Below are positions 1 through 10,477 of a DNA stretch of 64,000 nucleotides, in pieces (the stretch's first letter is position 1; every line of letters starts with the position of its first letter). The notes under the pieces were generated by a model. It had not been told where the DNA came from. It was given only the letters and a program-made list of their open reading frames with translations, and did no database searches. The stretch comes from Paramecium tetraurelia (Eukaryota): NCBI GenBank assembly GCA_000165425.1, contig CT868662.1, forward strand, positions 1 through 64,000. Direction: 5' to 3'. The position numbers and the translations under genes were made by a program.

Positions 1-934
1 CAGACATAGAGAAAATATCATATGTATTTTTTTTATTAAAAATTTATTTAGGAGTACTGAAATATCTATTATTTGAGTTTAAAATACTGATTATGGTATC
101 TGCTATCCTCAGTTTTCATATAATTTGTATTTTCTAGGCGTATATAAAATTTCAGCATTATAGAATATTTACTTGAGTTTTAATTTTTAGTTAGCATACT
201 GAAATCATTTCATTTTTTTTTTGAGTTTAAATTGCTAATTAAATCTATTTATTGAATTAATTCTATATTTAAAAAGTATTTTCAAAGCCCCATCAAATTT
301 TCAGATGCAAGGAAAAACTAAATGATTTTCTCAATTAAAAGTTAACTTTAGCTTAATGAAATAATATTAGTTGCGTTTTGAATTATGATTATAAATATTT
401 GTTGCCATCATAGTTATCCTAAAATGTATTTATAAGACATCTTAAATTTCAGCCTTATGGAAAATACCTTCAGGAATTTTAGATTAAAAATTAAATTTAG
501 TCAAGTGCAATAAATATGTTTTAGTAATGCTAGAATTTCAAATGGGTTTCTATAAGAATCATCTATAATATATTTATACATAATTTTCAATGTCATTTAT
601 CTATATAAAGAATCGTTATAAAGCTGTTTAAAAAATATTGAAGTTTTTATATATATGACAACTTCTTAATAATTAGAAAGAATAGACAAGCTCTTTTAAG
701 TTGAACTTAGAGTGTCTGTTTAGAGTGGGTAGTATATTTAAAATATTCTGATTTAGAATATTGCCATTCATTTTGATTAAGATGCACCTAATATTTTTTA
801 GTAATTATATAAAAGAAATTTTGAAGGCTATATATTAGAACAAAGAAGAATTTAATTATATCAAAATTAAAATACAATTAACTTAGTCACTAAAATGCTA
901 TTAAGAATTAAGTGCAGAGATTTTTAATAATATA

Positions 935-1027
935 AAATACAATAGGCACTTCTTAATAATCTGAATGAATAAAAGGTTATCTTAACCCTTTATTGGTTCT
1001 GGTTATTAAGAAGTGGCAATTGTGTTT
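935..1027. repeat. 93-bp imperfect palindrome (45-bp arms, 3-nt loop)
   Basis: Left arm 935-979 against the reverse complement of 983-1027 aligns without gaps at 37/45, including a perfect 13-bp core CACTTCTTAATAA/TTATTAAGAAGTG. Loop is TCT at 980-982. Confidence 0.9.
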
Positions 1028-2837
1028 CTTCTCCTACTTAAAAAGTTTCGATCTATTTTTATAAAATGAGTTTTTAAACCAATTATTTGCATTTTAAACT
1101 TATTATTATTCATTTATATAGCCATAGCAAATTAGATAAATGAAAATGATAAACTGAGCTAACTATCTTAAGTCGGCTTTATAAACAGAAACGCTTTTAA
1201 AACTTAGATAGGAACATTTATAAATATATTTTAATTTATAGTAGCGTACTTATTAATAACAATCATGAATAAATGCTTGAGCTTTTTAATATGATTTTAA
1301 TTTGATAAGTTAAGGTTTAATTGTCATATATAAGAATAACGTACATAAAAAATCAGATGTATATTCTATTTTCTAGAATTAATATGTTAAAATATTGACA
1401 GGGTACCTAGTAAGCGAAAAATTTAATTTAATGATTTAAGGACTCATTAAAATCCTATTTTAAAGTAGATATGACGAATTTTAAGCATTTACTTTTAAAA
1501 TTATAAAGTTAATAAAAGGCTGAACTAATTTTATTTTGATATATATTGTCCGTTTAGAGTAGTTAGTATAATTAAATACATTTGATGAATAAGATTATTT
1601 ATAAAATTTAAGTGGATAATTTATTACATTTGCTCACCAGGTGATTGAATTGAATTCATAGCCTAATTTATTTATACCCACTATTGTATATTTTAGAAAT
1701 AGTCTACTAGAGTATTTTGTATAGGCAAATATATTTGGATTAGTTATTTTTCTATAATTTATATACTTTTAGAATAGAATCAAATTTAGAAGATTATGTA
1801 CAATCAGTAAATAAATCCAATAATCACTTCAAGATATGATGAAATGAAACAGCAAAAATCAAGGAACAAAAACAAAGAATCAGCTGATTTACCAAATTCA
1901 CTCTTTATATTCAATCCTACCAAAATTTCTGATAGATAATTTAATGGTTTATAAAGTGTATACTATAAACGAGAACATGATTAATCCATGATATATATGA
2001 ATTTATAATAAATAAAATATATTTGATTACCCCATACTGCAGCTTTATTTTGAATTTATTTAACAATAAATCAATATAAATTATGCATTAGAATTTCCAA
2101 ATTATTAGACGGTATCCTTGCCCTACTTTAGGAATGTAAGATTAAGTTGCATATTATACTATTCTACGATGGCTGCCCTCAATATCGATGAAATAGAATT
2201 TTAAAAAAACAAGCAGCTCAATTAGTACCAGAATAATGGTTTCCAGATAGAGGAAAAAACTCCATTTTTCCACATTAAATTTGTAAAATGGTTTTGATTA
2301 AATAAGTAATACTTATTACTGCCATTTGTTTAAACTCAAAAAATTTTTTCTGGCCCAACTTATATAAAAGAATTCCCTTTTGAAACATCCAGATTTTCAC
2401 TCTAAGCTGACCTAGGCATGATCTTTTCTTAGGCTGTTGGTTCCTAGTTTTCTTACTACAATAGGTTAGGTACGTAAACCCCTTTGTAGAATAAACCTCT
2501 ACTACTTTGCAAAAATTTAAATAAATGTTCATATTTTTTTTATTAAGAATTTTATTATGTTTGAGAAAAATATACTCGAAATCATCCAAATTTAATTGTG
2601 GCTATTGGTCTAAAAAAAATATATTGAAACCCATCATTATCTACAATTCAAATGTTGTATGTGATTTCAGTATTCATAAGACCAAGGCATAATATTTTGA
2701 GAGTTCTAATTATAATTAATTAAAAATACGTCGAACCACATTTCTTACAGAAAGTAAACTTCTTCTTAAAAGAAATTCATGAGATACTTTTTTTGATTTA
2801 TAGTAAAAGACTTAAATATTTTTAATAACATTAAATA

Positions 2838-5800
2838 ATGAATTGCACTTATCATATTAAAAATCAAGTATCAATGATATGTATAGCTTCTCACAATTGC
2901 TAATTTTAAAGGAAATTGTGTGTAAAATGCCTTTATGAACATAAAGTGGATTTGAAATATGCAATTCCGATTGATGTATTTCAAGAAAGGGTTACTTAGA
3001 AATTACATGAATATAAACTTGATGAGCTGTCTGAAATTAAATAATAGAGGATGGATTTTAAATATAAACTCTCCCACATTGAAAACATTTTAAGAAAAAT
3101 TTGGGAAGAAGTATCAGAATCAATTTAATAGATATATGATTTGATTGAACAGAAAAATAAATAGTATATTAACCTAATCTAAGATAATTAAAATATAGCC
3201 GATTCTTCTTATTCTGATTTAGAACAATTAGTATCAATTTTTTAAGGAAAAACATTAAATGATTGGATGGCTTAGAAAAATTCTTATTTTTTTAAATTGG
3301 AGAAGGAAAAAAATTGGTTAGAATATGAAGTTCATGCTTTTAGTGAAAAGTTAAAGAAAGAAGTGAAAGAGATTATGTCATCAACTATGTATTTATTTTA
3401 GTAAAACAATAGAAATACATCAATTCAAGAAATAGTATAAGTTTATGAAAGAACAGAAGATATCTATGAGTTGTTGGCCTAATCAAAAAAATTTGAGAAA
3501 TAATTATTAAGCAGAATTATTGAAATGTTAAAAAGAGATAAAATCACAGATTGTCTATTTTATCTTTCAAACCCTGAAATGCTAAAATTATTAGACCAAA
3601 CTGGAATTAATAACGGTTATCTCATTACTAATATTCTCCAAAATATTTGTGAAATTGATTTTAATAAAAAAAATAACTCAACAGAAGATATTATATAAAT
3701 TAGAAAGTAATTAATTAAAAAAATTGAAAAAGAAGAGAAAATATTACAATTTTTGAAATTTATTGTTCAACTGACGGCTATTGACGAGAGATTTATAAAA
3801 TGTGGGTCTGATTCCCTCAAATTATTAGTAGAAGTAAAAATGGATATCAGAGAACAAAACTTTGAGAATATCAGGATTCAAGATATTTCGTTAATTGGCG
3901 CTAATATGGCAAGTTGTAATTTGAATGGATCTATTTTTGATAATGTAGATATTACTGGTATGAACTTGAATGGGGCTTAATTGTTCAATTGTAAATGGAG
4001 AAATATAAAAATACATGAGTTAAATAAATTAGATGGTCATAGCAGCGCTGTTAGATCAGTTTGTTTCTCTCCTGATGGTACTACCTTAGCATCTGGTAGT
4101 TATGATAACTCTATCCGTTTATGGGATGTCATGACAGGATAATAAAAGTTCGAATTAAAAGGTCATGATGGAATTGTTTATTCAGTTTGCTTTTCTTCTG
4201 ATGGTACTATATTAGCCTCTGGAAGTGATGATAACTCTATCCGTTTATGGGATACGACTACAGGATACCAAAAGGCTAAATTAGATGGTCATGATGATTG
4301 GGTTATATCAGTTTGTTTTTCTCCTGATGGAACTACATTAGCATCTGCTAGCGATGATAACTCAATTCGTTTATGGGATGTTAGGACAGGATAATAAAAA
4401 TTGAAATTTGATGGTCATACTAGCACTGTTTATTCAGTCTGTTTTTCACCTGATGGTACTACATTAGCCTCTGGTAGTCATGATAATTCTATCCGTCTAT
4501 GGGAAGTTAAAACAGGATAATAAAAGTTCGAATTTGAAGGCCATGATGGAATTGTTTATTCGGTCTGCTTCTCTCCTGACGGTAAAATAATAGCATCAGG
4601 TAGTGATGATAAGTCTATACGTTTATGGGATGTTAATTTAGGATAATAAAAAGCCAAATTAGATGGTCATAATAGTGGAATTTATTCAATTTGCTTCTCT
4701 CCTGATGGTGCTACATTAGCATCTGGAAGTTTAGATAACTCTATCCGATTATGGGATATTAAAATAGAATAATAAAAAGCAAAATTAGATGGTCATAGTA
4801 ATTATGTCATGTCAGTTTGCTTTTCTTCTGATGGCACTAAATTAGCATCCGGCAGTTTAGATAACTCCATCCGTTTATGGGATGCTAATGTAGGATAGTA
4901 AAGAGCTTAAGTAGATGGTCATGCTAGCTCTGTTTATTCAGTGTGCTTTTCTCCTGATGGTACCACATTAGCCTCTGGCAGTAATGATAATTCTATCTGT
5001 TTATGGGATGTTAAGACAGGATAATAATAAGCCAAATTAGATGGTCATAGTAATCATGTTTTGTCTGTTTGTTTCTCTCCTGATGGTACAACTTTGGCAT
5101 CTGGTAGTTCAGATAAGTCCATTCGTTTCTGGGATGTTAAGACAGGACAATAAAAAACTAAATTAGATGGTCATACTGGATATATCATGTCAGTCTGTTT
5201 CTCTTGTGATGGTGCTACATTAGCATCTGGTAGTATAGATACCTCTATCCGTTTATGGAATGCTAAGACAGTGAGATACGAGCAGCCAAATTAGATGGTC
5301 ATAGTAATTATGTTCTGTCTGTTTGTTTCTCTCCTGATGGTACAACATTAGCATCTGGTAGTTCAGATAAGTCTATTCGCTTTTGGGATGTTAAGACAGG
5401 ATAATAAAAAACTAAATTAGATGGTCATTCAAGTTCTATTTCTTCCGTCTGTTTCTCCCCTGATGGTACCACATTAGCCTCTGGTAGTAATGATAATTCT
5501 ATCTGTTTATGGGATGTTAAAACAGGAAAATGATAAGCCAAATTAGATGGTCATACAAGTTAGGTTTATTCAGTGTGTTTCTCTCCTGATGGTACTACAT
5601 TAGCATCTGCTAGTGATGATAACTCTATTTGTTTATGGGATGTTAATACAAGATTATAAAAAGACAAATTAAACGGACATAGTGGAACTGTTTATTCAAT
5701 TTGTTTCTCTCCAGATGGTACTACATTAGCATCTGGTAGTAAAGATATCTCTATCAGATTATGGCAAGTAAAGACAGTAAAATGAAAAGCCAATTTAGAT

Positions 5801-6181
5801 GTTCATACTTGTTGTGTTAATACAATATGTTTCTCTCATAATGGTACTACATTAGCTTCTATTTATTTGTGGGATGTTACAAGCAGAGACAACAAATTCC
5901 TCCTTCAGATAATCGTTACAAAGAAATTCTACCTGCAAGTCAACCCTCAATATTTAGCAACAATGTTCTTTTAGAAAGTAATGAATAATTTTATTTCTTT
6001 AGCTAGTTCTTATCTTACGGTACTTTGTATTTCCTAAAGTCTCAATTTAGAAGCCCAAGAAGCTTTAATCTTTTAAGGAGAATTTGTTAATAATTAAGGT
6101 ATAGATTTGCGATAATTATTCAAATCTAAAGGAAGTTGCATTTTAGAAAGCCAAATTGGATTGCAATAACAATAAAATTGA
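2838..6181 (+). pseudogene. Disrupted WD40-repeat gene: N-terminal Cys/His (B-box-like) finger, helical region, pentapeptide repeats, 15 WD40 units
   Basis: ATG 2838 gives MNCTYHIKNQVSMICIASHNCQFQRKLCVKCLYEH, then pentapeptide-like ISLIGANMASCNLNGSIFDNVDITGMNLNGAQL, then [32 protein letters not shown] units. Lesions: +2 frameshift near 5271-5284, in-frame TGA at 5531 and 5783, a deletion in unit 15, and a second frameshift near 5885. The terminal exon LEAQEALIFQGEFVNNQGIDLRQLFKSKGSCILE ends at TGA 6179-6181. Confidence 0.88.
4035..5880 (+). repeat. Tandem 126-bp (42-aa) WD40 array, 15 units
   Basis: The Gly codon of GH falls at 4035, 4161, 4287, 4413, 4539, 4665, 4791, 4917, 5043, 5169, 5297, 5423, 5549, 5675 and 5801 (VH in the last unit). 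All spacings are 126 bp except one of 128 bp. Confidence 0.97.
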
Positions 6182-6709
6182 TTATTATTAAAATTCAATT
6201 CAAATCAAAAATATAAAATAAGTTTTACTATTTTTCTACCAAAGCAATTTCCAACTTTATTCTGGTTTAACCATAATGTTATTCAAATGTAAAGAATTTC
6301 AAGTACAAAGTCAGAAAAATTTCCAAAATTGCTACTTTAAAAAAAAATCTGACTTATATATATTTTATTTAAATTACTCTAAATATATTTATCATTAAAC
6401 AAAAATTTGTCAAAAACATCATTTAATGATAATTTAATAATAAAAGTTTAATTGCATTATCTAAATAAGTTCCAGTATTTTTTTAAGTTTTTTAGGACTG
6501 GAACTCTGTTTAAAATCTAAACTAGCCGAAGGACACAGCTGAACTCTTCTACTTGTAATGAGGATTTTTTCTGGATTCAAAATCCTTTGACTCCTAAGAT
6601 TAGATTGCTTTCTTTTAGTTTTGTGAAAGTATCTGAAATAAAAATTCTTTACAAATTTCAATAAATTTTAAAATTATACAAAAGAAGAAAAACCTTTTTT
6701 ATAGATGAA

Positions 6710-7024
6710 ATGAGTTTAATATATTTACCATTAATTGAAAAAATGATTTATATTGATAAAGATGGTCAGATTATGTAATAAGGATAAAGAAATTTGATTT
6801 AATAATAAAAACAAAGGAGAAATAAATAAGAAGATAAAGAAAAAATGTAAAATCAAGAGAATGACAAAAATCTTTAAATCGTGTAGAAGAGTGTTCAAAC
6901 AATGCACCACTATCGTACCCAATATAGCAGAAATATTTAAAAAATAATATTATAATATTGCATAGAATCATATGTTACATATTATTAAAAAAAATTAATA
7001 GATTTAATTACAAGTGCCAAATGA
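6710..7024 (+). CDS. Possible hypothetical protein, 104 aa, Q/K/E-rich
   Basis: Open ATG-to-TGA frame in code 6 (MSLIYLPLIEKMIYIDKDGQIMQQGQ...). No motif recognised, and this length can arise by chance. Confidence 0.25.
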
Positions 7025-8084
7025 TAACAACAAAAGGTAAAATCGATTTTTATAATAAAGAAAATTTTTGTCATAGAATCCCTAAATTTTTTTCTACTTT
7101 CTAATATTTAAATTTTGGATTAAACTTAATAATCTAATATTTTTTAATTTATTTTTATTTAATTCTGTAATCTTTATAATTTCCTTTAAATATTTTAAGT
7201 CTAAATGCATATTAGATCAAGAAAATTACCTAGAAAACTAGACTACTATAAAAAGCCGACTTAATTATTGTTTCTCTTAAATTATCATCCTCTGTCAAGA
7301 AGATTTTTATTAATCATTTGGGTATTGAGTTTTCCATAAAATAAAGCTCAAATTTTAGAATTATAATTACTATTGGGTCATTATATTTCAATCACTAATG
7401 TTCTATTATTATTTGTATTTAAAAGGATAGCTCACTCATTTTCAAAAGAATTAAAAGTTTTTAATGATTCAAAATGATAGTTATTATTACTGTAAGAATT
7501 TGTTCATCAGTAATTTGGTTTAACAAAAGAAAGCACTCAAGATGACTTAATTCCTTTCGAATTTGTTAATTTTTATTATTTCATCTTTTTAAAACTTATA
7601 TGCTTAATTATTAATTTATTATTGCTTCTTCTATTGCGAATCTAAATTATTATTCTGAAAAAGAGTTTATTTTCATAACTCTAAGCAAATTGAATATTAA
7701 CCTCAAAACATATTTCAAAAATTATTTTATTAAAAATAGATAGAACTTGAAATATATTTGAATAGATAATCAAAAATCTGAAATAGTTTTTTAATATATT
7801 CAGATATATTGATTCCATAACGTGAACAAATATTCTTTGTAATGATATCTACAAAAAAATTAAATTATCTAATTTATAAATTTTTTTTATTAATTAATTT
7901 TTATATAAAATGATTTCAAATTAAATTAAATTTCTATTTAATATATTAAAAATTAATACAGTTTTCTTTTATCTTATTTTCTACATAATGGTTTAAATAA
8001 ATAATAATATAACAAATTTCGTTTAGGATAGGTTTTTAAATTATATATAGTGTTAACAGAATAAACCAAAAAATGATAAATATT

Positions 8085-8839
8085 TCAACAACACCCTTTT
8101 TTAGGACTTTCAGTTTATTTTGGCTTTATTCCTCCATTATTTTCCTAGTTTATCTTTGGTTGGGATTAATATTTTTGAGATAAGTGAATAGAATCTCGAA
8201 CATTTTGCTCACAATCAGTTCTAATAGGATTGATTTATTTTGTGACTTTCTCTAAAGTATTGATAAAAATCTGGGTATCTTATTATGATTTACAGTTTAC
8301 ATCATCAATATTTTTGCCTATGGCAGCGGAAGTTTCAAAATATAATGAATTTATCTCTTAAGCCTTTTGTTTACCTTCCTCATTGCTCACAGATCTTTCT
8401 GCTTCTAAATCTGTCATATTGCCAACTAAAGATATTACAACTCCTTGATCGCTATTTTCTTGGATATCTCTTGCCCATCCTGAGACACTTTAAAATGAAT
8501 CGCGACTTTATATTTATAACTAAGTGAACCTTGTCAATTTAAATACAATTATGATTGCAGCAGAATTTCTATAAAAAGATTTTAGCAATACTTCTGAATG
8601 CTTCTTAACCTGCCTAGAAACTTAAAATATTACATCATTACAGTATCCCAAATTTAGAGCGTCAATGCATAGTCATAAACAGTAACTTTTTTACTTGCAA
8701 ATTCAAGTCCAATAGTAACGTTATATTCTCTATTAAATAGATCCTTTGTATATCTGAGCAATATTGAGGATTTTCCAACTCCTTAATCACCAACTAAAAT
8801 GATTTTGTAAACTTCCTGCTAGGATTAACTTTTATTCAT
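8085..8839 (-). CDS. Rab family small GTPase (3 introns)
   Basis: YKIILVGDQGVGKSS, TIGLEF, LQIWDT/AGQEAFRSI, GNMTD, YFETSA and C-terminal KKGCC*. Introns are 28, 24 and 30 nt. Confidence 0.96.
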
Positions 8840-8919
8840 TTTTTAGAAAATAATATACTAAAAAATAGCTATTAATCTAGAATTTCGCAAGTTTTCAAAA
8901 ATATTGGGAAAAATTATAA

Positions 8920-10330
8920 ATGTTGCTTCCTTCCATATATATTCGGTAAAGTGAATGGGAACGTAGAAGAAGTTTTGGGTTAGAAATTATAAAAATATAT
9001 GAATTAGTTCTTTGAAATTGTCATAATTAGTTATGTTTATATGCTGATGTTGAGATTTATTAAAGAAGAATGCTATAAATAACAAGAGTAACTATTGATG
9101 TATATCAATAAATTTAAAAAAAAATTATTAAAACCTACTTAAGTTAATGGTTACAAAAAATGCTAAGAAGCCAAGAAATGCTGAAAGAATAGATTTATAA
9201 TAAATAGATATTGAAGATGATGAGGCAAATGTATATAAATTTTCGCATAAACATTTTTATTCTTCATTTGGAGAGAAGATTACATATTGGTATTGGGTTC
9301 AAAAGAGAGCTCATTTTAAAAATGATATTTGGAAGAATCAACGTGAATTTGATAAGTAGCTATAGAACCATTAGCCCCATTTTAAATTGGATGAAATAAT
9401 TAAAACTAGAGATAAGATAGATGCTTAATAAATTCATTAGTTAAATATTTAAAGACCTTTACTTGAATGGAAATAGAGATCTCCCAAAGAGAATGTAGGT
9501 AAATTCAAATTATTAAAGAAGATAGCAAAATATTCTATGAATTTAAATAGTACTTATATAAGATTAAAATTATTGGATAAAGAAGTAATCAAAGCTATTT
9601 TAGAATAATATCTATCTAAATCCAATTATAGTACATAATATGTTTATCAATTGAATAAATTCTAACTTAGAGGTTTTTGGAACAGATTATAATAGATTGA
9701 GCTTATATATTGAAGAAGAATGGTTTTAAGAACTTATCAAAAAAGATAAATTTAATCATAATTAACTGAGGAATAAAAAATGAGTAACATTTGCAGGATT
9801 TAGGAAGAAAACACTAGAAATAAAAAATATCAAATCAACTTTAAATGCCAAATTAAAGCCAGAAGGATGCTGGATACTTATTTATTAAAAAGAAATGCCT
9901 ATACATCAATAGAAATGATACGATGAATAAATCCAAGGTGAAAAATAACAAAAATAAGAATAAAATAAAATTGCAGAATGTAAAATAAAAAAAAATTTTT
10001 AAAGAATAAAATTAGGGAATGACATTTGAATGTGATTTTTTAAAGCAATGGCAAGAGTTAAGAAGCTGCTGAGAAATACCAAAGTAAAATCAAACTTTCT
10101 TAAATGTTCAAATTAAACCCCAATGTTATTTTTATATTCATGCACAATTAAAGATTATGAATTGCAGATTTAGGAATTTATATTCGATGATAATAAAAGT
10201 ATGATAGAATTCAATATAATAGGATGAATCCTCATTTGGAAAAGATTTTAAAGAATTAGATGCCAAAAACACGAGATTAAGACAATAATATTAGGGATTA
10301 AGTGAGGTACTTTAATTTAATGTTTCTAAT
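8920..10330 (+). pseudogene. Hypothetical gene or decayed gene; structure unresolved
   Basis: Long coding-like frame from about 9148 (MVTKNAKKPRNAERIDLQQIDIEDDEANVYKFSHKHFYSSFGEKITYWYW...) with intron-like segments. Several TGAs or frame changes could not be resolved by canonical introns. Boundaries are approximate. Confidence 0.35.
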
Positions 10331-10477
10331 GCTTTTCATCATGCATTCCAAGACAATGGATTTTATTGATTCAAATAATTATTTAATTAAATAATCAGGT
10401 ATCTCCTAATAACTAAAGTCAACGAATCAAATTAGAGATAGAAATAATTAATTATTTTTTATATTTATTTTTTTTCA

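Noticed and set aside
2275..2664. ORF-track entry 2275-2589 (-) and a ~117-codon open + frame
   Set aside because: No motif and no convincing start. With TGA as the only stop, frames of this length are expected by chance.
5271..5294. GTGAGA...TTAG as an intron rescuing the WD40 frameshift
   Set aside because: It is 24 nt, a multiple of three, so it cannot correct a +2 shift.
4035..5880. Regular repeats with variable segments resembling a CRISPR array or diversity-generating cassette
   Set aside because: The units are 126-bp in-frame WD40 coding repeats. There are no unique spacers, cas genes or reverse transcriptase nearby.
7200..7870. Possible minus-strand gene
   Set aside because: TGAs in all frames tried and no recognisable motif. 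At most a remnant.
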